Below are positions 14,297 to 28,054 of a stretch of 64,000 nucleotides of DNA, one piece after another. Within the stretch, counting starts at the first letter, position 1. Every line of letters starts with the position of its first letter. Source of the stretch: Octopus vulgaris (taxonomy: Eukaryota); the NCBI GenBank assembly GCA_951406725.2, contig OX597816.1, positions 42,780,001 to 42,844,000 of the forward strand, given 5' to 3'. A model generated the notes under the pieces. The model worked only from the letters and a program-made list of their open reading frames with translations. It was not told the origin of the DNA and searched no databases. The position numbers and the translations under genes were made by a program.

Positions 14297-14921
14297 AATT
14301 AGAGCGCTTACGCGACTTTCTGTAGATTCAAAAGAAAATCACACATAAGTAGTAACGATATAGCAGCAATTTCTATTTTGAATAGAAAATGAAAGTAAGT
14401 CAATATTGCAATAGGATATAACACGTCTTTACGTTCTGATTTCGAATTCAGCCGACTTTGCAATTCATCAAATTGGAATCGATAAAGTAAATGCCAGTTG
14501 AATACTGGAGTCGATGCAATTCACTTCTGCCTCCCACACTTAAAATAGCTTCCTCGTGCCAAAATACCAAATCAATATTGCAGTAGGATTTGCACAGGCC
14601 ACACACACACATATTTATATACACATATATATGCAGGTATGTGCATGTGTGAGGGTGTGTGTGTCATAATTCAATCCGTTACGATATTTCGATTTGAACG
14701 ACGATACGTGTAACGAATGAACCACACTCATATATAAATACATATATTCATATATATATATGTACAAGACATTGTAGATCTTTGGCTGGGCTAAAAAGTC
14801 ACATTCGATCACAGCACCAGTAACAGTTAAGCTTCGTGCAATGGCCATACTCGATAACGAGGGGGCAGCCATGAAAAAAATGTATGTATGTATGTATGTA
14901 TGTATGTATGTATGTATATGT

Positions 14922-15625
14922 CCGGTCACTTTCGAGTATTACTGGTAACATGTAACCCAGTACTACCTGTTGCATGGTCGGGCCGTCGGCGACTAAACCG
15001 GCAACCCTACCAAGCTTCCTTGGTGAGGAAGGTGTTTATTGGACACCCTGGGGGATGAAAAACAAAACCTGTGAAAGGGCGGAGGAACTCTTGAGAGTCA
15101 ACGGCCATCCAATAAATGTGTAATTATATATATTTATTGTATATCTGCTTTCTTCTCACTAATTTTTATATATTGTATATTTTTATAGCTTGCCCATTCT
15201 ATGAATTTTTATATACTTCACATCATATTTTATGTTTATTTTGTATATCAATGTTTTTTTATATATATCGTATTTTTATTTACTTTTGTTTTTATTTATT
15301 AAATTTTTTCCCTTATCTCATTCTTATCCAACTTAAGGCTGTATCATGCGCGGGGACATAGAAATAATCGGACCGAATACCCTATCGCGTGGTTAAACCA
15401 TTGAGAATGAAGGACTCTTAGCCTTTGTTAGGGCATCCTTTTAGGAGAAGGCAACTCAGGTAACTGGGATAACTCCGACATAAAAACTGCGGCTCAGTGG
15501 TTGCCGATGATGTTGACCTGTTCTTCTTTTCGGATTATGGCTGCTGTTGCTTAGTTAGTGGGACTGACTCAGTGCACAGCCTTTCCGCACTTAAAAAAAT
15601 CTTCTTGCACAGGCATTGTACGATA
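14922..15625 (+). mobile_element. Probable RTE-type LINE 5' UTR remnant, split by an AT-rich insert (~15116-15334)
   Basis: GC-richer segments with ggcgactaa and ggcatccttttaggagaaggcaactc, reminiscent of RTE 5' UTR motifs. No ORF. Confidence 0.35.
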
Positions 15626-15705
15626 ACAAAATTGATAGATTGATTGAATAAATTGATTAACTAATTCATGATTGTTGATAGAGCCGTGAGTCTCATGTGC
15701 GTATC

Positions 15706-16117
15706 TACTCTTTTAGTCTTTTACTTGATACAGTCATTTGACTGTGACCATGCTGGAGCACCGCCTTTAGTCGAGCAAATCGACCCCAGGACTTATTCTT
15801 TGTAAACCTAATACTTAATCTATCTGTTCTCTTTTGCCGAACCGCTAAGTTACGGGGACGCAAAAAAAAACCAGCACCGGTTGTTAAACGATGTTGGGGT
15901 GACAAACATAGACACACAAACATATACACACGCATACATATATATTTATATATACATATATACGACGGGCTTCTTTGAGTTTCCGTCTAACAAATCCACT
16001 CACAAGGCTTTGGTCGGCCCAAAGCTATAGTAGAAGACACTTGCTCAAGTTGCCACGCAGTGGGACTAAACCCGGAACAATGTGATTCATAAGCAAGCTG
16101 CTTACCACACAGCTACT

Positions 16118-16121
<4 letters not shown>
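15706..16121 (-). mobile_element. SINE, same family as 12701-13138
   Basis: Colinear match: cagtcatttgactgtgaccatgctggagcaccgcc...cttaccacacagctactcct. Confidence 0.85.
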
Positions 16122-16184
<63 letters not shown>

Positions 16185-16239
16185 GTGCGTATGTATGTAA
16201 GTTTACTTATATATATTTATGTATATATATATATGCACG

Positions 16240-16280
<41 letters not shown>

Positions 16281-16779
16281 TTGTAGGTATGTAGTATGTA
16301 TGTATATATATATATATATAAACTTATATCAAGATGTGCATGCATAATACAATACACACTGCAATTATTTTGTATGTGAGCTATCTAAATATAATGGATG
16401 GTATTTGTATCTTATGATTATGAGATTGCAAATTATGATCGATGAGAACTGCTGTGTGTCATTCAACTCAGAATGTATACGCAGTAGGAATAACTGAAAC
16501 CCTTCACTTAACGCCTCGGCCCCAGTTATGAACGTGAGTGGTTTGAGCAGTTTATGCTCCCATACTCATACGAAGCTATAGTTAGGTATATAGCTACACA
16601 AGTGAGCGCGCATATAAGTGTTTGCGCGTGTGTGTGATATATAGTACGAAAAACAAGTTTGTTATGAATGTCTAAGAAGGAATAGTAAAAACGTATATGA
16701 ATATATATGAATGTGTGCAAATATGGACATTTAAATTTACATATATCTATGTAAATAAGTATATTTGTTGATATATTTG

Positions 16780-16811
<32 letters not shown>

Positions 16812-16844
16812 GATATATATATATAGAGAGAGAGAGAGAGAGGG

Positions 16845-16852
16845 ATAGATAT

Positions 16853-16915
<63 letters not shown>

Positions 16916-16944
16916 TATATATATATAGATAGATAGATAGATAT

Positions 16945-17015
<71 letters not shown>
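16845..17015. repeat. (GATA)n microsatellite
   Basis: Direct reading. Confidence 0.95.
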
Positions 17016-17728
17016 TACGTATATGTTAATAATGAGTATGTTCTCTTTTGCTTGTTCTTGTGCGTATATGGCGTTATGTATGTACGTGTACATAATACAT
17101 AATTCAGCAATTCGTGAATATGTATATATGTGTGTGTGTGTGTTTCTGTGTCTGTGAGTCTGTGTTTCTCTGTGTATGCGCAGGCGTGTATGTTTGTGTA
17201 TGCGCGCGCATATCACTGGGTAAAATTAACTGTAATTTATTTGAGAGTCATACAGATTATTTAATCAAATATTAATTGACGTTTTTCTTGTTGCCTTAAA
17301 TGTATTACAATATTAAAACCCCATTACATTTCTGATACAGCTTTGTGCTTTATACGCTTTGATATGCGTTACTACTACTCCTTTCTCTCTTTTTCTGAAC
17401 ATGACTGAGTCATATGTCCTATCATTATCTCTTTCTAAGTCATCTCATCTCTTCCCAATCTCTGATTTGTTTCTTCTCCTTGTGTACGCGTATGCATGCA
17501 TACATACATACATACATACATACATACAAATATATATATATATATATTGTAAAGAATTTAAAGTGTTCGGTAATATCTGCATCATTACGACTTATATATG
17601 TTAATATAAAGGCAGCATGTCTAATATCGACTAATGCAAGTTAGTTTACATATACAGTGAAATACATATACACTCCATCTATGTTTTGCAGTCTGTATTT
17701 CTCTCTAACCTATCCCATTATACATACG

Positions 17729-17830
<102 letters not shown>

Positions 17831-17865
17831 AACACTCATACTAATATATACTGACCTGTGACATT

Positions 17866-18030
17866 TTGGGCACAGCTGTGTCTGTGTGATAAGATTGCTT
17901 CCTAACAACATGCTTTCGGTTTCTGTCCCACTGCGGGCCAGCTTCAGCAGGTGTCATTTAAAATAGACTAGGACCAAGTAAAGGCTTGTACATGAATTTG
18001 CGAGAAGGAAACTGAAAAATCCTGTCATAA
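17866..18030 (+). mobile_element. Old SINE head fragment (12701 family)
   Basis: gctgtgtgataagattgcttcctaacaacatg...gtcccactgcg...ggaaactgaaaaa is diverged but colinear. Confidence 0.55.
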
Positions 18031-18811
18031 TACACTTGCACATACCCACACACACGCACACATAACCATTACGAATGTACTTCAACTGATCTTTCACTGT
18101 TTACTTATGACCGACACACCTGTAGTAATTATACCCCCATGTTTAAATATATAAATATCATAATCTGAACACATACTAAATGGTTTCTAGCTATGTACAC
18201 ACCTATATCGAGAGGGGTGGGCTGTAAAAGAACGTATCCTCAAATGCACAGCACACTTTTGCCTGTATAAATACACACACACACACCACTCGGCCATTCT
18301 TTGCCTTCTTAACTCTTCACCATAGAACCGAATTGCCTCAAAAACATTAAACTGATCTTTTTTCCTTCCTACCAACTTTTCTCCATTTTTATATTTTCTC
18401 ATTGTATTAAAAATCTGATGAGGTATTAACATACGAAACGTTAGGACGTTTCACCTTTCTTTTAAGAATTAAACCGATGCAATATTTGCTAAAAATTCTC
18501 CTGCTCGTGTTTTCTTCATTTTTGTTCATTAACTGATATAGATATGCATAAACACACACACTTTCCGCCAATCCTAAATACCTATTCCGTTATTGTTTCA
18601 AAGACGCTCATGTGCGAGGGCAATAGAAATGACAGCCACAGGAATCGTAAATATATTCAAAAAGAGAGAAATGGCGTTGGAATATGGAAATGTTATAAAA
18701 AAGCAGTAAATTAGTCTCAGGAGAGACTCGGCAAACATTGGTCTAAACGATTACGTAAATAATTTGGGAAGCAAACCTCTTACAATATAAGCTTTTATTC
18801 TTTTATTTGTT

Positions 18812-19190
18812 TCAGTCATTTGACTGCAGCCATATTGGAGTACCAGCTTAAAGGGTTTTTTAGTCAAAGAAATCGACTCCAGTACTTATTCTTTAGACTC
18901 TTTAGCCGAGCCGCTAACTTCCGTGAACGTCAACACACCAACATCGGTTGTCAAGCGATGGTAGGAGAATAATATAGACGCAAAGACACACACACAAACA
19001 ACACACAAACACAAATACACATGTGTAAGTATATATGCGACGGGCTTCTTTCAGACTCCAGTACCAAATCCACTGACAAAGTTTTGTTTGACCCGAGGCT
19101 AAAGTAAAAGGGACTTGCTCAAAGTGATACTCAATGGCACTGAACCCAAAACTATGTGGTTGGGAAGCAACCTTCTTAGCACATAGCCAT
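18812..19190 (-). mobile_element. SINE, same family as 12701-13138 (more diverged)
   Basis: gtttcagtcatttgactgcagcc...cgacgggcttctttcag...tgtggttgggaagcaac. Confidence 0.8.
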
Positions 19191-20616
19191 TACGAACTAA
19201 AATCAAATCTAGTAATGCAAAGATAATTTCTACTACATACATAGTGTATATGTTTCATTTAAACCCTCATCTGCTGCGGTGTAGCCTCCGGGGAAAGATC
19301 CCTACAATACACCTATTGTATAAGAACACAGAATGTCCGTAACCAAGCGAGGCAAGTCGCTCTGAAGTGACTGAGAATGTTAGCAATATATATTTCGGTG
19401 TTTTGTGACTATTGAATATAATCTACTGGGATCATGTCGAAACGAAATGAATCGCTGACCTGGGACTTATATGCAAATAGTGTGACGCCTATTTGCTGAT
19501 GAGCAGTGGCGTAGTGCATGTGGAAGAAAATTGAATTACCAAATATAATCAGTATCTCGCAGCAAATGGGCGTTTAAACTAAATACTTACACAATGCTAT
19601 GTATATGCGATTGATAATGCTTGCATGTGTGTTTGTGTCTGTGTTTGTGTGTGTGTATCTGTGTGTGAGTGTGTGTGTCTGTGTATAATCGTGTGGACGG
19701 TCTCTAATACAGCTCAGATGCTATATTTCTCCAGGTTCCTCACACCTATTTATCATAAAAATTATACAATACTCTCTCGTTTCAATTTTGTATCATATTT
19801 CTTTTGCCACTGTGCCGGCCGCGCATAATTTTTTACCAAGAATTATGCTTTTATCCTTATTTTCTATCTCGGAACTGACTCAAGAATATTAGCTGTCATT
19901 TCTTCAAATCCTGATAAACAATGAGTGGATAAATTTCGAGAGAATTCTAATAGAAATGATTGCCACGTTTAGTTTACTGAAAGAAATATCTTAATCTTGT
20001 CAACATTATAATGTCTAGACGTTCTGGAGAATTTACAAAGATTCATTCACCAAACATAACAAGTATTATCTCAAGCTGTAATTTTAAATGCTTCTATTTC
20101 TTTGTATAAGTTATAAAGATCGCAAAGATCTTGATATACACTACTCATCTATATTCCCTCGAATTACGTAACAACATTTTTCCCACTATGATGACACTTT
20201 GAACTCTATGGTCCTAATGTTTAGAAAAGGATCGTGTACAGGATCATAAATAGAGCACACTTTATAATAATAGTTCTACTCAATTTGATCAGCTCTGAAG
20301 CTAAAGAACAATGATTCGATACAATCATTTCTCCGATACAATACGTGTTTATGATGTGTCAAGCCCGAATTCAGGGTTAAACATGTCCTGAATACTACCT
20401 ACCTTTAATCGTAGATATTGGCCTATCCCTGCAAAAGAACATCTATCGCATGCATTTTAATAAGGAAGGGTCTGAATAGAGCTCAATCTACCTGCAAAGA
20501 AATAAAAGAAACCGTAAAGTGGACGCCATGATTATGATTACGAATTATCGATTACTATATTTCTTTCATTTGTACACATTCCTTTTACAACGCTTTAAAT
20601 AGTATATGTGTCGTCG

Positions 20617-20930
20617 TTCTAGTATTCCATCGGTTACGACGCCGAGGATTCCAGTTGATCCGATCAACGAAATAGCCTGCTCGTGAAATTAACGTGCAAG
20701 TAGCTGAGTACTCCGCAGACACTCATATATTTAACGTAGTTCTCAGAAATATTCAGCGTGACACGGAAAATGATAAAACTGGCCCTTTCAAATAGAGGTA
20801 CTACTCATTTTGGCCAGCTAAGTAGATTGGAGGAACGTGAAATAAAATGTCTTACTCAAAGACACAACACGCCGGCGGGAATCGAACTCACAGCATTACA
20901 ATCGTGAGCCGAATATCCTAAACACGAACG
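20617..20930 (-). mobile_element. tRNA-derived SINE with Nin-like domain
   Basis: Minus strand has head ggatattcggctcacgatt...gagttcgattccc, followed by cacgttaatttcacgagcaggc...gttgatcggatcaactgg, which matches my recollection of Nin-domain SINEs. Confidence 0.65.
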
Positions 20931-21605
20931 CTCTTATATAATATCGTTCTTCATATGTCTTTTATCTAGCTCAGAATCATGGAATTAACATTTTTCTTTT
21001 TCTTTCGCTCTACGTTTTACAATCAAAAGCTTCTTAAATTCTTGCATGAAATTTGGTTTGAATTAAAATTAAAATTTAAATATCATATCAGTACATTGTA
21101 GAAGAGGATTTCATCATTGGTGCCGAAGCCAAAACAGATACTAAAGAGAGAATAAATATGCTTTTTCTATAAATAATTTAGATTCATTTGAGATCCGGTA
21201 CAACCTCAAAATCAAGCTCCTGTATTCAAGATAGAGTTATCCAAACATCAGTTGTCATTTGCGCAGCTTAACATTATATAAAATAAAACTTAAATCGCAA
21301 ACGATGTTGTATTGAAACGCACTTCTCTTACACTCTCTGCCAATAGTAGCCATTGAGCCGTATATAGAACTTTAAGCTTTTAACATTGAAATGAAGAATT
21401 ACACAATGTGTGTGTTTGTACCCGCGCGTGATATGTTAACCTACATAGTAGAAATAAAAACATGGCAACTTTAACTATTTCTCCACAGACTAAAACTATG
21501 ATCAGCAACCTTAAATGATTTTCGAAACTAATTCGGGTCTCATAAGATGTATCACATCATTTCACGAATGCCGGACAAATAAGTAGCATAACAGTTTATA
21601 ATATA

Positions 21606-22092
21606 CTAGCAGTATTGCCCGGCTTTGCAAAATGGTCACATTTAATTCAAAGCGTTAAAAATGTTATGAAAACAATTGGTATGTGTTCAGAAAGTTCAAA
21701 TGATTAATACGAAAAAGCCCTCCAGGCTACATCCCGAAAATTCATTTCTTTGCCGAATTTCTACAATGTTTACGGCGATTCGTTTTTATATCTTGATTTT
21801 TTTTTATTTTTCATGCAATTTACGCATGCTTGCACGCGTGGTGAACACAGTTCACGTCAAACAGCTGACTGAGTAAAGTTCACTATTGAATGCATGGGAT
21901 AAGGCCTAAACAAACACATTATCGATCTTTGCACTTGCGAGATGAATTTCGGAACAGAAATAGCGCAGTTCAATTTTCATTCGCCTAAACTTTAAGTGAG
22001 CCATTTTTGGTGGTTCTACGAATTGTTGACTAGGAGGAGTTGTGCGGGAAGTTAAACACACAGACACACAAGTTGAGTTTTATATATATAGA
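21606..22092 (-). mobile_element. Non-autonomous Helitron with related termini but different interior
   Basis: Starts actagcagtattgcccggctttgc (cf. 4169) and ends cagacacacaagttgagttttatatatataga|t, giving minus-strand A|TC...CTAG|T. Confidence 0.7.
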
Positions 22093-23023
22093 TGTAACAT
22101 ACATACAAGTCTATTTTTCTGCTAGTTTTATTTCAGTCCGTCTTAAGAGAGTTTTATGTATCCACTCATTACAACAAATGAAACCGTAAGAGAACTGTCA
22201 TGATTTGAGCATGATCTTGGCATTGCTGAGATGGCGAAACTCATCATTCTACAATCATGAACCCTGCCAAAACAAGAGAGACAAAAAGATAGAAAGGATA
22301 GGGAAGAGAGATAGAAAATCTAGTCGCACAGACCGCCACGTTAGTGATAAAACCCCAGTACAGGACTGATATTTTGTTTGTCTACACCTGAAATTATTAA
22401 CGTTAAAGCTGAGCGTGACGGCATTCTAACTCACTAACTCACTACACAGAGATGGAATAACGCAAGGCAACGCCTCCGAAGCTGTAAAGCACTGTAAAAC
22501 ACTGCCAATTCCAAATACACGCAAACACACACAAGCATGCACGTAAACACACATACATACACATACATATACACACAGCGGCACGACCATGCAGGAATCA
22601 CACAGAGATACGTGCATATACGTGTGACTGCTACAGTATGATTCTAAGTAAATGTTTATATATTTTTGCAAGTATGTAAATGTGTTCACAATAACAATGT
22701 CAAAAACGACGATGCACTTTCAGATCGACAAACACATTTATTCATTAATTTTCTTTATTATACAGCTTAGTGAACATGGATACAGTTACTTTCCTGTAAT
22801 TCATATAATATTTGCCCATCGTGCAGTGTATATATTTACCTAAATATTTGTTTATATTTTCTGTCTCAGCGATTATTTATTCAAGTATTACTGTGTCTAT
22901 AAATATATATTTATTAGATTGTTTTATCAACATTTCTCTGTCTGCGTTTCTCAACGTGTATTATTAACTCACCTGATACTTAAATATATATATACATATG
23001 CAGACATTGATATATGTATATAA

Positions 23024-23060
<37 letters not shown>

Positions 23061-23071
23061 TAGATATTAGC

Positions 23072-23167
<96 letters not shown>

Positions 23168-23509
23168 CTGAATTATATATATATATAACTAAAATGAATT
23201 CATATATTCATATGAACATATATACGCGTACACAGATGTACTCGCAAACTCAAGCACAATCGTATGCGTTCGTAGGGGTGTGCAAGATCATGCAGATGCA
23301 TGAGATGCTGGACATCTACGTAAATAGTTGCACAGACAAAATAATTCGATTGATATAATGATACATACATACATATATATAATATTTTATATATATATAT
23401 ATACATATTCATAAATACATATATATGTATATATATATATATATATATACATATTCATAAATACATATATATGTATATATATATATATATATATATGTAG
23501 ATATATATG

Positions 23510-23573
<64 letters not shown>

Positions 23574-24231
23574 TATATATATTTATGCATTTATAAATAG
23601 ATAGTTAGAGAGATAGACAAGTATGCCCCTAGACTGATAAGTTGATACGCTGAAAGAAATATAAATATTGTCTGAGTAATAGGAAATGAACTGCTATATA
23701 GAAAATAAACTCATAAATATTAATATGCTTGTCTGAGTAAATGTGTCTGCTTTTATTTTACGTCCTGTTTTGCTATAAACTATTCTTTATGTGTAATGCG
23801 TGTGAGTTCATACACACACACACACACACACATACACACATACTTATATATATATGTGTGTGTATTTCTGTGTATTTTTGTGTACATATATGTGTGTGTG
23901 AGATAGATAGATTGATAAAGAAAGACAGAGAGATACACGTACACACGTACACACACATACACACACACACCTATAACAAAACAATTTTTATATATGCAAT
24001 ATTTATCTACATTTATTTACATAAGTTTCTCTATTTCTAATCAGTTCTTTATAAACCGTTTTCAACCGATGCTTGCCCCAGTGTAGCATCAGTTTTGTGA
24101 TAGGGGTTCGAAAGATTCGCAAAAAACTGAACACTAACAGAAAGTAATCCCAGTTCTCCAGCAAATATTTGCATTTGCAACCCTGCTGATTACTTTTCTT
24201 CATATTTTGCAAGTTCAGTATGCGTGCATTT

Positions 24232-24460
24232 GAAGAAGAAGAAGAAGAAGAAGAAGAAGAAGAAGAAGAAGAAGAAGAAGAAAAAGAAGAAGAAGAAGAA
24301 GAAGAAGAAGAAGAAGAAGAAGAAGAAGAAAAAGAAGAAAAAGAAGAAGAAGAAAAAGAAGAAGAAGAAGAAGAAGACGACGAAGAAGAAGAAGAAGAAG
24401 AAGAAGAAGAAGAAGAAGAAGAAGAAGAAGAAGAAGAAGAAGAAGAAGAAGAAGAAGAAG
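24232..24460. repeat. (GAA)n microsatellite
   Basis: Direct reading. It explains the poly-E and poly-K ORFs. Confidence 0.95.
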
Positions 24461-24774
24461 GCGACTTCTGGCTATATGTTAAACTGCCGTATGTCGAAAT
24501 CGGTCCAAATACGTTTTGTTTTTCACTATTTAATTTTGTTTGCTCTAGCCGGTTCTTTAAGTTAAACTATCGTATCTCCAGCTGCTTCAGAGGCCAAAAT
24601 ATCAAAGATTTTCGAAGTGAGTGTATTACATAGGTTTTGATATGGAAAGGTGAATTCTGAAAAAGGACGGTTTGGAGTTATGACAACGAATTAGACACAG
24701 ACACCCACCTCACGCTTACGTCCGCATAAATGCATATATTGTTCCCCTTGTTTCACATTTAAGGGCTTACTCCG

Positions 24775-24840
<66 letters not shown>

Positions 24841-24919
24841 ATAAATATTAGGGAATAAATCCAAATTTACAGGGAAAAAAATCAGATTTAGGATTAAATC
24901 CAATTTTATAGTAAAATAT

Positions 24920-25124
24920 TATAAAATATTATTAGAGACAAAACCACTATTTTGCAAAACAAACAAGGAAAGACATAAAATACATAAATCAATACATAAA
25001 TCAATACATAAAATTTTAATAAATAGTCAAATTTTTTGACTATTTATTAAAATTTTATGTATTGATTAAGTCTTTCCTTGTTTGTTTTGCAAAATAGTGG
25101 TTTTGTCTCTAATAATATTTTATA
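24920..25124. repeat. Near-perfect ~200 bp palindrome between TA tracts
   Basis: tataaaatattattagagacaaaaccactattttgcaaaac...aaatagtcaaa|ttttttgactattt...gttttgcaaaatagtggttttgtctctaataatattttata. Confidence 0.9.
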
Positions 25125-25446
25125 TATATATATATATATATATGGAAACATTTTTATAAACAAATACTGAATTATCGAGTGATTTGTTATTTATATTTTA
25201 GAAATTACGGAATTCTTCTAATCTGATTTCATATGTATTCTTCTGCCTTCCAGATATCAAAATTTCTTTAAAGTTCACACAGAACAAAAGGTATTATTGA
25301 TATGTTGTCAGCCATCGTTTAGCTCGAAGCTTCGGAGCGGTCAGTTGTTATTTAAAAGGAACAGTGTTCCACTGTCCTAAATTTCCAATACACACACACA
25401 AATGTGTGTGTGTGTGTGTATACATATGTATATATAAATATATATG

Positions 25447-25501
<55 letters not shown>

Positions 25502-25545
25502 AAATTGTTTAAATATATTTGATTATTTATTTAACGATTATCATT

Positions 25546-25640
25546 AACCTGAAGATTGACTATAACCATAATTCGAATTATTACTTGGAATTAAATTATT
25601 GTTATTCGAATTAGGTTATGGTCAAAAATCGATCGTAGTG
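25546..25640 (+). ncRNA. Degenerate hammerhead ribozyme with long stem II
   Basis: aac-CTGAAGA-ttgactataacc(a)taattcgaat...attcgaattaggttatggtca-AAAAt-cgatcg-TA-gt. Stem II is a long hairpin and stem III is the palindrome CGATCG; the GAAA box is damaged. Confidence 0.5.
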
Positions 25641-26051
25641 GTTGTACTTTTTATCTTATATTAACATTTTTAATAATTTTTGATAGTTTTATATATTTAA
25701 TAATTTTCTAAAAAAATTAAATAAAATAAAATAAAAATAAATAAATATACATATATATATATATAATAATTTATAATATAAATTAATAATTTATAATTTT
25801 TAACTCTAAATTTAAATAACTTAATTTTTAATTTTATATTTTCTATATTTTGTATATTATATTAATTAATTCTATTTCTATATTTTGGTTTATGTTTTTC
25901 CCTGTTTGATTTGCCTAATATTGGTTTTATCTCTAATTTAATTTATATATATACATATATAGATATATATATATATATATGTTCTTAACCCCACAGACAG
26001 AAAATAAACTGTTTTTACTTCAAATTTTTATAAATTTTATGAATTCTTACT

Positions 26052-26091
26052 GATATTTGATAAGATGAAATACATCGAAACCGGTAATATT
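26052..26091 (+). ncRNA. Degenerate minimal hammerhead ribozyme
   Basis: gatat-TTGATAA-gatg-aaata-catc-GAAA-ccgg-TA-atatt. All three stems pair; there are two core substitutions. Confidence 0.55.
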
Positions 26092-26724
26092 TTCTTTATA
26101 TAAATTTTTTAATGATTTTTATTACATTCCTTCTGAAATTGAAATGTCTTAGACTTACCACTGCGCTATTTCAACCTCCATTTTATATATATAAAAATTT
26201 ATTTTGTATATCTTTGTTCTATATACAGATGAGTGGTACAACAAGGCACCAATATTTACTGCAATCGATATTTACTGCAATCGATACAAATGCAACACTA
26301 TTGTAAAACTTCACTGCGTATATACTGGCAAAGACGGGCGTGTGAACAAACATGAAAAATTTGTCTTACCTCCACGAAGAACATTCGATAAATGGACAAC
26401 CCAGAATCGGATAATGCAGGACGGGTTTCTGACTCTTCAAATACGTTTGACGACGTAAATTTGATCAGACTTCATCAGCTGCATTTACCTAGACAATATT
26501 TCAAATGTTACCACATCAATGCCAGTATACTCGGCTGAACGCCTAGCCGTTAACAGACCGAGAACAGTGAAAACGTTTTCAATGAAAAATATTGCAATAC
26601 AAATGTATTACTTTCCAGTAAAATAAAGCTCCATAAGGGTAGAAGTATACATATAAATATAGATGATTGGGACAACAAGTCACCAATATTTACTGGAAAG
26701 TAGCAATCGACACAAATACGACGC

Positions 26725-26755
<31 letters not shown>

Positions 26756-26784
26756 AATAATAATAATAATAATAATATAATATA

Positions 26785-26823
<39 letters not shown>

Positions 26824-26899
26824 AATAAATGAAAGAATGGGGTTGAACGACGAATTCCTTTATTTTATTTTCGACATATGTTTCGAAGGCTGCATATTC

Positions 26900-26954
<55 letters not shown>

Positions 26955-27265
26955 CAACAATTGAGGGTAAAATTAATTAATTAATCAATTTCACCAAGTA
27001 TTCAGTATACAAAGGGACCATTTAAGGCGAATTCAAATTATTACATTATATAAAAGGGCTTAGTAAAATAAATTACTTTGCCGCATACTGAACTCATTAG
27101 AAATAGCAGAAATTCTTCGTTTGCATATTTGAAAGAGCAGAAATTCTTCGTTTGCATATTTGAATTTACTAACACTGTTAGTTTTGAACAGATCTTCAGA
27201 AGCGATAACAGGCCGAAAAGGTATGCTCCCGCTTTCAGTGTTTTCAAATCCAAACCAGGGAGTTC

Positions 27266-27318
27266 TGAGCTGATGATAGAAGTGTCGATTTTGACTAATC
27301 TTGAAACGTACGTTCTCA
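27266..27318 (+). ncRNA. Type I hammerhead ribozyme (intact core), copy 1
   Basis: tgag-CTGATGA-t-aga...gtc-gatttt-gac...tct-t-GAAA-cgtacg-TT-ctca. Stem I is tgag/ctca, stem III is palindromic CGTACG, and predicted cleavage is after GUU at 27314. Confidence 0.7.
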
Positions 27319-27819
27319 AATAACCTTTGCATTTGATTTTTTAATGTCTCTACCCTCATACTTTCGTGAGTTGAATTGAGCAAACACTATATGAGAGAGA
27401 TTTTCTTTAAGTATTGGAGATAGTTTTAAAAAAGTTTTTTTAGCTGCTATTTCTAATGAGTTCAGTATGCGGCAAAGTAATTTATTTTACTAAGCCCTTT
27501 TATATAATGTAATAATTTGAATTCGCCTTAAATGGTCCCTTTGTATACTGAATACTTGGTGAAATTGATTAATTAATTAATTTTACCCTCAATTGTTGAA
27601 ATTATAATTCATCTCTCTCTATATAATGTCTCGGAGTTTACCGAAAAAAAGCATAGAGCTGATTTTAACCCACGCTGGTGGAAGGGGAGAGCAGAAATTC
27701 TTCGTTTGCATATTTGAATTTGCTAACACTGTTAGTTTTGAACAGATCTTCAGAAGCGATAACAGGCCGAAAAGGTATGCTCCCGCTTTCAGTGTTTTCA
27801 AATCCAAACCAGGGAGTTC

Positions 27820-27872
27820 TGAGCTGATGATAGAAGTGTCGATTTTGACTAATCTTGAAACGTACGTTCTCA
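27820..27872 (+). ncRNA. Type I hammerhead ribozyme (intact core), copy 2
   Basis: Identical to 27266-27318, 554 nt downstream. Confidence 0.7.
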
Positions 27873-28054
27873 AATAACCTTTGCATTTGATTTTTTAATG
27901 TCTCTACCCTCATACTTTCGTGAGTTGAATTGAGCAAACACTATATGAGAGAGATTTTCTTTAAGTATTGGAGATAGTTTTAAAAAAGTTTTTTTAGCTG
28001 CTATTTCTAATGAGTTCAGTATGCGGCAAAGTAATTTATTTTACTAAGCCCTTT

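Noticed and set aside
24220-24633. Poly-E / poly-K ORFs
   Set aside because: (GAA)n microsatellite that is open in two frames by composition.
27041-27937. Duplicated 80-107 aa ORFs on both strands
   Set aside because: No recognisable motifs and they overlap in several frames; they are by-products of the duplicated non-coding element.
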